Positions 21,204-30,625 of a DNA stretch of 64,000 nucleotides are shown here, in pieces; within the stretch, counting starts at the first letter, position 1, and each line of letters opens with the position of its first letter. The notes under the pieces are model-generated. The model saw only the letters and a list, made by a program, of their open reading frames with translations, had not been told where the DNA came from and did no database searches. The stretch is from Longimicrobiales bacterium. Lineage in GTDB: Bacteria; Gemmatimonadota; Gemmatimonadetes; Longimicrobiales; Gaopeijiaceae. Location of the stretch: assembly GCA_965197725.1 (NCBI GenBank), contig CBDANQ010000061.1, forward strand, positions 96,001-160,000. Reading direction: 5' to 3'. The position numbers and the translations under genes were made by a program.

Positions 21204-21490
21204 CGTTTGCTGGCCGTCCTGAGCAAGATCGTGCGTAGCGCGGCGGGAGGATTCGCCTCCTCGAGCGCCGCCTCACAGGCGTACGTCACGAGAGCATCCG
21301 CAGCGAGCAGCTGGAACGCGCTTTCCCGTACGCGGCCGGGTTGGGCGCGGGCCTCATCGAGCGCTGTGCGGGCAAGGAAAGTGATGCGCTCGGTCATCGA
21401 ACCCGACTCGGCATCGGCGTGCAACCACCGTCCTAGGTCCATCGGCGCGGGCGGCCGCCGCGTCTCGATCCACGTGCGGATATCGCTCAC
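21200..21490 (-). CDS. Hypothetical protein
   Basis: 96-aa ORF overlapping both neighbours by 4 nt; LLAADALVTYACE. Confidence 0.7.
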   Translation of the reverse strand: MSDIRTWIETRRPPAPMDLGRWLHADAESGSMTERITFLARTALDEARAQPGRVRESAFQLLAADALVTYACEAALEEANPPAALRTILLRTASKR

Positions 21491-24126
21491 GCCGTGCCCG
21501 CCGTGAGTAGGTTCCGAACCACATCAGCACCCGACTGCAGCGCTTCGTCGATGCCCGCGGGGTCTTCAACCCCCGCCTGGGCCATGTGGGGACGACCACC
21601 GCCACGCCCTCCGACGAACGTGGCAACCTCGCTCACGACCGCGTCGGCGCGCACACCCAACGAGATCAGGTCGTCGCTGACGAAGGCAAAGAGCGCCTGT
21701 TTGTCCCCCGGCATCTCCGCGACGAGCACCGCCACGCCCGACTCGCCCGCAGCTAGGAACTCGTCACCCCACTTCCTCGCGTCGTCGGCGCTGCGGGCTG
21801 TCAGCCGAATACCCCTGTAGCTGGACGAACCCTGGTCCAGCTCGATCGCTTCAGCCGCCACTTCCTGCTCGCCCTTGCCGCCCTGGGCCCGCAGCTCGTC
21901 GAGCAGACCCTCGAGTTCGACACGCTCTCGGAGCAGCTGCTCGGCGCGTTGGGTGAGATCCGTGGGCTGCGTCTTCAACACTGAAGCCGCCTCGGCGAGT
22001 GTCGCCTCTTGTTCCCTGAGGTACGCGAAGGCTCCCGGGCCAGTCAGTGCCTCGACACGACGTACACCAGCGGCCACACCCGCCTCGCCCACCAGACGGA
22101 AGAGGCCGATCTCACCGGTGTGACTCACGTGCGTCCCTCCGCAAAGCTCCATACTCACCCCCGCGATACTCACGACCCGGACCTCGTCCGGGTACTTCTC
22201 GCCGAAGAGAGCCATCGCCCCAGCCCGCACGGCTTGTTCGTACGTCCGGTACCTGATCTCGACCGGATGGTTGGCCCAAACGCCATCGTTGACGATCGCC
22301 TCGACGCTTTCGCGCTCTTCGCTCGTCATCGGGGCCGTGTGGGCGAAGTCGAACCGGAGCCGGTCAGGCGCCACGAGGGACCCGCGCTGGACGACGTGTT
22401 CACCGAGAACCTCCCGCAGCGCCGCGTGCAGAAGGTGCGTCGCGGTATGGTTGCGAACGGTATCACGCCGCACACGAGCGGGGACCTCCGCCGAAACGCG
22501 AACGGACTCCGGGCGGTCTGGGAATGCGCCTTCGACGGGGCCGAAGAGCGCGGTCAACGACCCGACCTTCACCACGTTGGCCACGGTCAACGTCCATCCG
22601 TCCCCTCGCACCGTACCCTGGTCAGAGACCTGCCCACCGCTCTCGACGTAGAACGGGTTCTGCTCCAGCACGAGCCCGAGGGAGTCGTCCGCCATGCGAT
22701 ACGCGAGCACATCGGTATCGGCAGTCAGCGACTCGTATCCGACGAACGCCTGCTCGCGCTGGGACAACGTCGTCCAATCTTCAGCGCTCTGGGCTGAGTC
22801 CGCGCCGAGGCCGGCGGTGCCACGATCGGCGCGGGACCGCTCCCGTTGCCGCTCGAGCGCCCTATCGAAGCCCTCCACGTCGACCGTGACTTCGCGCTGC
22901 TCAGCCATGAGCTGAGTGAGGTCGAGCGGAAAGCCGAACGTGTCGTAAAGCTTGAAAGCCTCCTCACCCGGAATCGTCGCTCCCTCGGCCCGCACGAGCT
23001 CCTCGAAGCGCATCATGCCGCCATCGATCGTCGACAAGAAACGCTCCTCTTCCGCTGTTGTGGTCCGTACCAGGTGTTCGCGACGGTGGACAAGGTCGGA
23101 GTACACGTCGCCCATGCTGTCTACGACGGCCTCCACGACGCCCACCAGCGTCGGTTCTCGGCGACCGAGCAGCCACGCGTGCCGGACCGCTCGGCGGAGG
23201 ATGCGGCGCAATACATAGCTCCGCCCCTCGTTGGATGGAAACACGCCGTCGGCGAGCAGGAAAGCTACCGCACGCGCATGGTCCGCTAGCACTCGGTAGC
23301 TGACGCCCTCATCCGAATCACGGTCGTAGTCACGGCCGACGAGCTCGGCGACGCGCTCGAGCAGCGGCGCGAACAGATCCGTGTGGTAGTTGGAATCCAC
23401 CCCTTGAAGGACCGCGGCGATGCGCTCGAGTCCGGCTCCCGTGTCGACCGATGCGGCCGGAAGCGGAGTCAGCTCGCCGGAGGCGTCACGATCGAACTGC
23501 ATGAACACGAGGTTCCAGAGCTCGACGATGATGCCGGCCTCGCTGAGCTCGACGAACTGCTCGGTGCTCGTGACGGGTGCGGGGTCGTCGCGCAGGTCGT
23601 AGTGCAGCTCCGAGCACGGGCCGCACGGACCTGTGTCGGCCATCTGCCAGAAGTTGTCCTTGTCGCCCAGCCGGTATATGTGATCCGCGGCAAGACCCGC
23701 CTCGGTGGCCCAAAGCTCGGCCGCCTCGTCGTCCGTGTGGTGGACGGTCGCGTAGAAACGATCGGGATCGAGCCCGTACACGTCCGTCATCAGCTCCCAA
23801 GCGAATGCGATCGCGTCTTTCTTGAAGTAATCCCCGAACGAGAAGTTGCCGAGCATCTCGAAGAACGTGTGGTGGCGGGTCGTTACCCCCACCTCTTCGA
23901 GATCGTTGTGTTTGCCGCCGGCGCGCACGCACTTCTGGGAGGTTACGGCACGGTCGTAGGGGACCTTCTCCTGCCCCAGAAACACCCGCTTGAACTGAAC
24001 CATGCCCGAGTTCGTGAAGAGCAGCGTGGGGTCATCCCCCGGCACGAGCGAAGAGCTCGGGCGCACCTTGTGACCCTTCTCCTTGAAGAAGTCGAGGAAT
24101 CGCTGTCTGATGTCGGCGGTTCGCAT
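21487..24126 (-). CDS. alaS: Alanine--tRNA ligase
   Basis: DPTLLFTNSGM, HHTFFEMLGNFSFGDYFK, DTGAGLER, NHTATHLLH, ELCGGTH, GGGRP. Confidence 0.98.
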   Translation of the reverse strand: MRTADIRQRFLDFFKEKGHKVRPSSSLVPGDDPTLLFTNSGMVQFKRVFLGQEKVPYDRAVTSQKCVRAGGKHNDLEEVGVTTRHHTFFEMLGNFSFGDYFKKDAIAFAWELMTDVYGLDPDRFYATVHHTDDEAAELWATEAGLAADHIYRLGDKDNFWQMADTGPCGPCSELHYDLRDDPAPVTSTEQFVELSEAGIIVELWNLVFMQFDRDASGELTPLPAASVDTGAGLERIAAVLQGVDSNYHTDLFAPLLERVAELVGRDYDRDSDEGVSYRVLADHARAVAFLLADGVFPSNEGRSYVLRRILRRAVRHAWLLGRREPTLVGVVEAVVDSMGDVYSDLVHRREHLVRTTTAEEERFLSTIDGGMMRFEELVRAEGATIPGEEAFKLYDTFGFPLDLTQLMAEQREVTVDVEGFDRALERQRERSRADRGTAGLGADSAQSAEDWTTLSQREQAFVGYESLTADTDVLAYRMADDSLGLVLEQNPFYVESGGQVSDQGTVRGDGWTLTVANVVKVGSLTALFGPVEGAFPDRPESVRVSAEVPARVRRDTVRNHTATHLLHAALREVLGEHVVQRGSLVAPDRLRFDFAHTAPMTSEERESVEAIVNDGVWANHPVEIRYRTYEQAVRAGAMALFGEKYPDEVRVVSIAGVSMELCGGTHVSHTGEIGLFRLVGEAGVAAGVRRVEALTGPGAFAYLREQEATLAEAASVLKTQPTDLTQRAEQLLRERVELEGLLDELRAQGGKGEQEVAAEAIELDQGSSSYRGIRLTARSADDARKWGDEFLAAGESGVAVLVAEMPGDKQALFAFVSDDLISLGVRADAVVSEVATFVGGRGGGRPHMAQAGVEDPAGIDEALQSGADVVRNLLTAGTA

Positions 24127-24242
24127 GGGTCGATTGGTAGGGAAGCCGCTTGGCTATTGGACAGCTGTAAGGATAACGCGTGGGGAGTGCGGTATGGAGT
24201 ACTTCGAGGTACGTGGTGGAGGGGGCCGGGTCTCCTGCGTGT

Positions 24243-24365
24243 GGCTTCAAGACTGCAGTGGCAGAAGCCGGCATCACCAAACCATTGTCGGCCCACGTGC
24301 TTCGAGCGTGCTTCGCGACCGAGATCCGCTCCGGCTGCGAGATCTCGACGCTGCAGCGACTCGGT
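24243..24365 (+). pseudogene. Degenerate tyrosine-recombinase (integron integrase-like) C-terminal fragment
   Basis: GFKTAVAEAGITKPLSAHVLRACFATEIRSGCEISTLQRLG aligns by eye with the IntI-type segment [25 protein letters not shown]...[9 protein letters not shown].LLG. Confidence 0.65.
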
Positions 24366-24402
24366 CCGGGACCTTCTTCCGGCTTTGCTCGAGTGGTGGC
24401 GG

Positions 24403-25545
24403 TCAGTCGGCTGCCGCCTGGGTCTCCTCGACAGACGACGCCACTCCAGCCAGCTCGTCGGCGGATGCCGTTGCTTCTGCCTCGTCGGCCAACGCAGGCT
24501 TGGTGTCCTCGTCGCTGGAAAGGCCGAGTGTCGTGCGCAGACGGGTTTCGATTTCGTCGGCGATGTCGGCGTTCTCTATCAGGAACAGCTTCGAGTTCTC
24601 CTTGCCCTGACCTAGACGCAAATCGCCGTAGGAGAACCACGAACCGGACTTGTCGACGATGTTGTGCTCGACGCCGAGATCGACGAGTAGGCCGGTGTGG
24701 CTGATGCCCTCGTCGTACTGGATGTCGAACTCGGCTTGGCGGAACGGCGGAGCGCACTTGTTCTTCACGACCTTCACTCGCGTTCGGTTGCCGATCACGT
24801 CCTGGCCGTCCTTGATCGCGCCGATACGCCGGATGTCCAACCGGACGGACGCATAGAACTTCAGCGCACGGCCGCCTGACGTCGTCTCCGGGCTACCGAA
24901 CATCACGCCGATCTTCTCACGGATCTGGTTCGTGAAGACCACCGAGGTGTTGGAACGGCTCACGGCGCCCGTGAGCTTGCGTAGCGCCTGGCTCATGAGG
25001 CGGGCCTGAAGTCCGACGTGGGTGTCGCCCATCTCGCCCTCGATCTCGGCTCGCGGCACGAGCGCGGCGACCGAGTCGATGACCACGACGTCGACGGCGT
25101 TGCTCCGGATGAGCACCTCGGCGATCTCGAGTGCCTGCTCACCCGTGTCAGGCTGCGACACGAGTAGGTTGTCGACGTCGACGCCGAGCTTTCTCGAGTA
25201 AGCGACGTCGAGCGCGTGCTCGGCATCGATGAACGCGGCGATTCCGCCCAACCCCTGCGCGTTGGCGATGATGTGCAGGCAGATCGTCGTCTTTCCCGAC
25301 GACTCCGGACCGTAGATCTCGCTGATCCTGCCCCTCGGGATTCCCCCGATACCGATCGCGGCGTCGAGGTTGAGCGCGCCGGTGGGAATGGCTTCGATCC
25401 CGGTGGAGAACCCATCCTCACCCATGCGTATGATCGCTCCTTTCCCATAGGAGCGCTCGATCTGCGTGAGGGCCATATCCAACGCCTTCTGCTGCTGATC
25501 GGCCTTCCTCTGCTCGTTCTTGTCAGTCATTTGCGCCGTCGCCAT
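24403..25545 (-). CDS. recA: Recombinase A
   Basis: [50 protein letters not shown] before ATG at 25545. Confidence 0.99.
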   Translation of the reverse strand: MATAQMTDKNEQRKADQQQKALDMALTQIERSYGKGAIIRMGEDGFSTGIEAIPTGALNLDAAIGIGGIPRGRISEIYGPESSGKTTICLHIIANAQGLGGIAAFIDAEHALDVAYSRKLGVDVDNLLVSQPDTGEQALEIAEVLIRSNAVDVVVIDSVAALVPRAEIEGEMGDTHVGLQARLMSQALRKLTGAVSRSNTSVVFTNQIREKIGVMFGSPETTSGGRALKFYASVRLDIRRIGAIKDGQDVIGNRTRVKVVKNKCAPPFRQAEFDIQYDEGISHTGLLVDLGVEHNIVDKSGSWFSYGDLRLGQGKENSKLFLIENADIADEIETRLRTTLGLSSDEDTKPALADEAEATASADELAGVASSVEETQAAAD

Positions 25546-25594
25546 CTCGCCTCCGTCCGCACGATGCCACGAATCTCGGGTGTTCGGCACCCAA

Positions 25595-25624
25595 AGTATA
25601 GAACCCGAAGAGAAAGCGAAAGTC
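25595..25624 (-). promoter_or_regulatory. recA promoter: -10 TATACT plus candidate operator GACT-TTCG-N7-TTCG-G
   Basis: Minus strand GACTTTCGCTTTCTCTTCGGGTTCTATACT; same motif upstream of the radical SAM gene at 53803. Confidence 0.6.
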
Positions 25625-25823
25625 CTTTCGACCGCCGTCGTCGCTTGAAGTCAAGGTATCGTCTTGCACGGGACATCGGGATGCCCTGGTGGGACGACGG
25701 TAGCAGCCCTATATGAACGGTTGGACCGTATCGGGAACCGCCCGCCCGGGGCAGCGCATTCCTTCCGCATATGCGGTAGTCTGGATCGCTCTTCGCCGAC
25801 TCGCTCTCGAGGAGGACCGAGAG

Positions 25824-27236
25824 ATGCAGCCCAAAGAATACGATCTGATCGCGATCGGTGGTGGCACGGCGGGGCTCGTGTCCACGGCAGGCGCGGCCTA
25901 CCTCGGTGTAAGGGCGGCGCTCGTGGAGAAGTCGGCTCTGGGCGGCGACTGCCTCTGGACGGGGTGTGTACCCTCGAAGGCCCTCATCGCGTCGGCGCGC
26001 CTAGCGCACGCCATGAGACACGCCGACGAGCTCGGCCTCGAGTCCGCTTCGCCAGCGCACGTGTTCTCTTCGGTCATGGCCAGGATGCGGGGGGCCCGGC
26101 GGGTCGTCGAACACCACGACGACCCGCAACGGTTTCGGGACATGGGCGTCACGGTCGAGTTCGGCTCGGCCCACTTCGTGTCACCCGATACCGTCGAGGT
26201 CGAAGGCGTGGGGCGCCTCCAGTCGAAGCGGATCGTGGTTGCGACCGGAGCGCTACCCATCGCGCCGCCTATACCTGGTCTCGCCGAGGCCGGGTACCTG
26301 GACCACCACACGCTCTTCGAAACCGACGAGCTCGAGAGCCGGGTCGCGGTGCTCGGCGCCGGGCCGATCGGCCTCGAGATGGCTCAGGTCTTCGCCCGTC
26401 TGGGCTCGTCGGTCACGGTCATCGAGATGGCGCCACGGATCCTGCCCAGAGACGATGCTGAACTTGCAGGCCACCTGCAGTCGATCCTCGAGGTCGACGG
26501 CATCGAGTTCCGGCTGGGGACCCGCGCCGAGCGAATCGAGTTGCACGGTGACTCCAAGGTCGTCGTCACCGCTACCGGTGAACGAGTCGCCGCGGGCGAA
26601 ATCTTCGTCGCCACGGGGAGGAAGCCTCTCATCGAAGGACTCGGGCTCGACAGGGCCGGCGTGGAGACACGGAACGGCGCGGTCGTCGTCGACGACCGTC
26701 TGCGCACGTCGAACCGCGGTATCTGGGCCGCGGGCGACGTTACCGGCGGCATGCAGTTCACTCACGTCGCCGACCACATGGCGAAGGCGGTCCTGCGCAA
26801 CGCGCTGATCCCCGGCTCCGCCAGGGTGAACTACGATACGGTACCAACCGTCACCTACACGGACCCCGAGCTGGCGCACGTGGGTCTCTCTCACGAGGAA
26901 GCACAGGCTCGCGGCGGCAGCACGTTCACGTACCCGTTCGACGACCTCGACCGAGCCATCGTGGACGGGGAAACCCACGGCCTCGTGAAGATCACCGCCG
27001 ACAAGAAGGGGCGGATTCTGGCGGCATCGATCCTAGGCAGTCACGCCGGCGATCTGTTGATGCCTCTGGTGCTCGCGAAGAAGAACGGGCTGACGCTGAA
27101 CGACATCGCAGGCACGATCTTCCCATATCCCACTATGGTGGAAGGCGTGCTCCGGGCGTGCAACGCCTTCCGTCGCACGAAGCTGGACAGCGCAGGTGGC
27201 CGAACGCTCACCAAGGTGATCTCATGGCTGAAGTAG
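25824..27236 (+). CDS. FAD-dependent pyridine nucleotide-disulfide oxidoreductase (MerA/Lpd-like)
   Basis: IGGGTAG, GGDCLWTGCVPSK, GAGPIGLE, WAAGDV, FPYPTMVE; lacks the MerA C-terminal Cys-Cys pair. Confidence 0.88.
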   Translation: MQPKEYDLIAIGGGTAGLVSTAGAAYLGVRAALVEKSALGGDCLWTGCVPSKALIASARLAHAMRHADELGLESASPAHVFSSVMARMRGARRVVEHHDDPQRFRDMGVTVEFGSAHFVSPDTVEVEGVGRLQSKRIVVATGALPIAPPIPGLAEAGYLDHHTLFETDELESRVAVLGAGPIGLEMAQVFARLGSSVTVIEMAPRILPRDDAELAGHLQSILEVDGIEFRLGTRAERIELHGDSKVVVTATGERVAAGEIFVATGRKPLIEGLGLDRAGVETRNGAVVVDDRLRTSNRGIWAAGDVTGGMQFTHVADHMAKAVLRNALIPGSARVNYDTVPTVTYTDPELAHVGLSHEEAQARGGSTFTYPFDDLDRAIVDGETHGLVKITADKKGRILAASILGSHAGDLLMPLVLAKKNGLTLNDIAGTIFPYPTMVEGVLRACNAFRRTKLDSAGGRTLTKVISWLK

Positions 27237-28729
27237 GGAACGGCGGCCGCGCCGTGTGGCTGAAGCTGGCAGCTCTCGTCCTGATCCTCATCGGCGGTGC
27301 GCTCGCGGCTGCGCTCACCCCGCTCGGACAATACCTGAGCCGTGACGGTGTAGGCCTAGCCATCACTTGGCTGCGGAGCTCCCCGGCCGCGGCACTCGTG
27401 TACGTCGCGGTGTACGTGGCCGCGACCGCGCTCGCGATCCCGGGTTCAATCCTGACCCTGGCCGGTGGAGCCATGTTCGGCGTTTTCTGGGGGACGCTCT
27501 ATACGACCCTCGGAGCGAACATCGGGGCGAACCTGGCGTTCGGCATAGGGCGGTATCTGGGACGTGACGGCATCGAGCGGCTCGGGGGTACGCGCTTGGA
27601 CGCATTGGATCGCGCGACCGAGAACCACGGCTTCCGTGGGCTGCTCACCCTCAGACTGATTCCCGCGGTCCCGTTCAACGCGCTGAATTTTGGATCGGGC
27701 CTCACGGCGATCCGCTGGCCCACGTACGCCATGGCGACGGTGATCGGGATCTTCCCGGGAACGCTCGTCTACACAATGTTTGCGGACGCGCTACTCGCCG
27801 GCTCTCAAGAAGCCTCGCGTGACGCGCTTGTGCGGGTCCTCATATCCGGAGCGATTCTAGTGTTGCTCAGTTTCCTGCCGATGATCGCCAAGCGGCTCGG
27901 TCTGTCGGCGACCGGCGCCGGCGCTGCGCTGTTCGCGCTTGTGGCATCGCCGCTCGTACAAACTCCTGATAACTCGAATCTGGCGGCGCAGGAGTTGCCC
28001 GATCACTCCGCATTCACCGCGGTGCTCGCCGAGGTGGTTGCGCAGCCGCTGGTCGACTATCAGAAACTGAGGGACGGTCGCTCCGCACTCGATGCGTACA
28101 TCGCGTCGATGGCTGAAGCGAGCGCTTCCCAGCTCCAGGCGACCTCCGTCGATGCCCGCCTCGCCTTTTGGATCAATGCGTACAACGCGTGCATGCTCAA
28201 GCTCGTGGTGGATCACTACCCCATCGAGAAGGACGGACGGCTTATCTCGCGTATCCGCAACGCGGTCGCAGACCGGCCCACGAACTCGGTTTGGCAGATT
28301 CCCGACGTGTTCTCGGCGAAGCACTGCCGAATCGCCGGAGCGGAGCGGTCGCAGGACGAGATCGAGCACCAAATCATCCGCCCCATGGGCGACCCACGCA
28401 TTCACTTCGCCGTGAACTGCGCGGCTCTAAGCTGCCCACCGCTCTGGCCGGAGGCGTACACGGGTGACGAGCTCGACGCTCAGCTCGACAGAGCGGTGAG
28501 CAACCTGGTCGGCGATCCCGAGCATCTGCGGGTCGAGCGGGAGACACGCACCACCGTTCGGCTGAACAGGGTCCTGGACTGGTACGGGGATGACTTCGGA
28601 GGGATCGAAGGCCTGAAGATCTTCCTCATCCCCTACGTCCCGAGCGCGACGGCTCAGGATCTCCGCGACGCCCGCACCGACATCGAGTTCTTCGACTACG
28701 ACTGGACGCTGAACGACGTCGGACGGTGA
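27224..28729 (+). CDS. TVP38/TMEM64 (VTT) membrane domain fused to DUF547
   Basis: N-terminus IPGSILTLAGG...LRLIPAVPFNALN; C-terminus LAFWINAYNA, IEHQIIR, DPRIHFAVNCAALSCP, YDWTLN. Confidence 0.85.
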   Translation: MAEVGNGGRAVWLKLAALVLILIGGALAAALTPLGQYLSRDGVGLAITWLRSSPAAALVYVAVYVAATALAIPGSILTLAGGAMFGVFWGTLYTTLGANIGANLAFGIGRYLGRDGIERLGGTRLDALDRATENHGFRGLLTLRLIPAVPFNALNFGSGLTAIRWPTYAMATVIGIFPGTLVYTMFADALLAGSQEASRDALVRVLISGAILVLLSFLPMIAKRLGLSATGAGAALFALVASPLVQTPDNSNLAAQELPDHSAFTAVLAEVVAQPLVDYQKLRDGRSALDAYIASMAEASASQLQATSVDARLAFWINAYNACMLKLVVDHYPIEKDGRLISRIRNAVADRPTNSVWQIPDVFSAKHCRIAGAERSQDEIEHQIIRPMGDPRIHFAVNCAALSCPPLWPEAYTGDELDAQLDRAVSNLVGDPEHLRVERETRTTVRLNRVLDWYGDDFGGIEGLKIFLIPYVPSATAQDLRDARTDIEFFDYDWTLNDVGR

Positions 28730-30063
28730 GCGATCAGTCCCCCCGGCTCTCGGTCATCATCCCCACGCTGGATGAGTCCGAGCGGCTCGGGCTCCTTCTC
28801 GACGACGTCGCGAGGCTCGACCTCCCTCACGAAGTCGTAGTCGCGGACGGCGGCTCCGCCGACCGCACAGTAGAGATCGCAGCGGCAGTAGGCGCGCGGG
28901 TCATTCACTCACCCCCGGGGCGCGGCGGACAGCTGAGCGCGGGGGTAGGGGCTTCGCACGCACCGTGGTTGCTCGTGATGCACGCCGATTCTCGCCTGCC
29001 GTCACCGGCCCGTGACGCCGTGGCTGACTTTCTTCGTGACGCCGAAGGCGATGACTTCGCCCACTTCGAGTTCGCGCTGGGAGGTGACGAACCGTTCTGG
29101 CGCTTCATCGAGTGTGGACAACGACTGCGCGAGCGCATGTATGGGTTGGTGTACGGAGACCAGGGCCTTGTGGTCTCGCGTGCCCTTTACGATGCCGTCG
29201 GTGGCTATCAGCACTGGCCGGTGATGGAGGACGTCGGCCTGTTCGATCGGCTGAAGCGGGTCGGCAACGGGCGTCGCCTGGGCGCTCCGCTTCTCACGAG
29301 CCCGCGCAGATATGAGGAACGAGGACGCTGGTCACAGTGGCTGGTGAACGCGGGGCTCATCACCTTGTTCCGCCTCCGAGTGGACCCGCATCGGCTCGCG
29401 CGCTGGTACCCCGCCCAGCGCGCCCGAAGTAGACCGACCCATGTCGGGCAGACAATCCTCCTTTTCGCGAAGGCGCCACGCCTCGGGTTCGTGAAGACGC
29501 GCTTGGCGCGAGATGTCGGAGATGAGCGGGCGCTGCAGATTTACCGCGCGCTCGGGTCCCGGGCCGCGGAGGTGGTGAGACGGACGCAGCGCCGGGTGAT
29601 CATCTACTTCACGCCAGACAATGCGGAAGCTGAGATGCGCAATTGGTTGGGGGGTAGGGGCCTCGAGTTCAGGCCGCAAGGTGATGGAGATCTCGGCAAG
29701 CGAATGGCAACGGCATTCGAGGCTTGCCTTCCCGACTGTGCTTCGGTTTGCATCGTGGGAACGGACATCCCCGGGATCACGCCCTCGACCCTTGGCGACG
29801 CATTCGACGCACTCGCCGCACAGGACGTCGTGCTCGGGCCGGCGGAGGACGGCGGCTACTACCTCATCGGCCTCTCCGAGCCTCGTCCCGAGCTCTGCGA
29901 CGACGTGCCGTGGAGCACCGACGCCGTCTTCGACGTCACGACTCAGAGAGCGAGGGCGGAAGGCCTTTCCGTAGCGGTGATGGATCGACTCGCCGACGTG
30001 GATACGGTCGGCGACGTGCCTGCGGGTCTGTCCGCTGCCAGCGGACGCCGAGGTCGTGACTAG
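28726..30063 (+). CDS. Fused TIGR04283-like GT2 and TIGR04282/DUF2064-like transferase
   Basis: SVIIPTLDE, DGGSAD, HADS, YGDQGL, MEDV, TSPRR; then FAKAPRLGFVKTRL, QGDGDLGKRM, GTDIP, LGPAEDGGYYLIG, DVDT. Confidence 0.85.
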   Translation: MSDQSPRLSVIIPTLDESERLGLLLDDVARLDLPHEVVVADGGSADRTVEIAAAVGARVIHSPPGRGGQLSAGVGASHAPWLLVMHADSRLPSPARDAVADFLRDAEGDDFAHFEFALGGDEPFWRFIECGQRLRERMYGLVYGDQGLVVSRALYDAVGGYQHWPVMEDVGLFDRLKRVGNGRRLGAPLLTSPRRYEERGRWSQWLVNAGLITLFRLRVDPHRLARWYPAQRARSRPTHVGQTILLFAKAPRLGFVKTRLARDVGDERALQIYRALGSRAAEVVRRTQRRVIIYFTPDNAEAEMRNWLGGRGLEFRPQGDGDLGKRMATAFEACLPDCASVCIVGTDIPGITPSTLGDAFDALAAQDVVLGPAEDGGYYLIGLSEPRPELCDDVPWSTDAVFDVTTQRARAEGLSVAVMDRLADVDTVGDVPAGLSAASGRRGRD

Positions 30064-30149
30064 CCCGACCGGCGCGGATACGTCTTGCCCGGACCCTCAC
30101 CTGACACCCAACTTAGGTTGTCCCCCCTAGGCTCAACTTGCATAACGAT

Positions 30150-30563
30150 ATGCAGCGATTCGAAGGCGTTCGGTCTCGGGTTCGATTCGCGTCACTCAAC
30201 TGCGAGGCCACCCGGGGCGGATCTTGCAAGGTCACTGTTCATCTCGAATGGAACAGCGAGACGTACCGCGCTACCGGGGCGGGGCTCGAGACCCAACAAG
30301 GGATCATCAAGGCCGCCACGCAGGCCGCCCTCGCGGCCACCCTCTCGGCCGCTGGCAACGAAGTCCGCTTGCAGCTCGTCGGCGTCAAGGCCGTGCGCGC
30401 TTTCGACGGATGGGTCGTCATTGCCCGGCTGAGCGGCGAGGGCCCGGAGAGCCAACGCCTGCTCGGAGCAGCGCCGTGCGAGACAGAGGAGCAGCTCCCC
30501 CACGCTGCGGTCCAAGCCGTCCTGGACGCTACCAACCGGGTGTTGGGGGGCGGTTTGGTGTAG
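30150..30563 (+). CDS. Hypothetical protein (LeuA allosteric-domain-like)
   Basis: Clean ORF with a duplicated beta-beta-beta-alpha pattern ending AAVQAVLDATNRVL. Confidence 0.6.
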   Translation: MQRFEGVRSRVRFASLNCEATRGGSCKVTVHLEWNSETYRATGAGLETQQGIIKAATQAALAATLSAAGNEVRLQLVGVKAVRAFDGWVVIARLSGEGPESQRLLGAAPCETEEQLPHAAVQAVLDATNRVLGGGLV

Positions 30564-30625
30564 CGCCCCCGCCCCACCACGACCCCGATCCACAGGAGCA
30601 GCGGCGAAGAGGAACCCCCGACGAA

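Noticed and set aside
25824..27236. Mercuric reductase MerA or true dihydrolipoamide dehydrogenase
   Set aside because: No C-terminal Cys-Cys pair or mer genes; the Lpd HPTxxE histidine is replaced by Tyr
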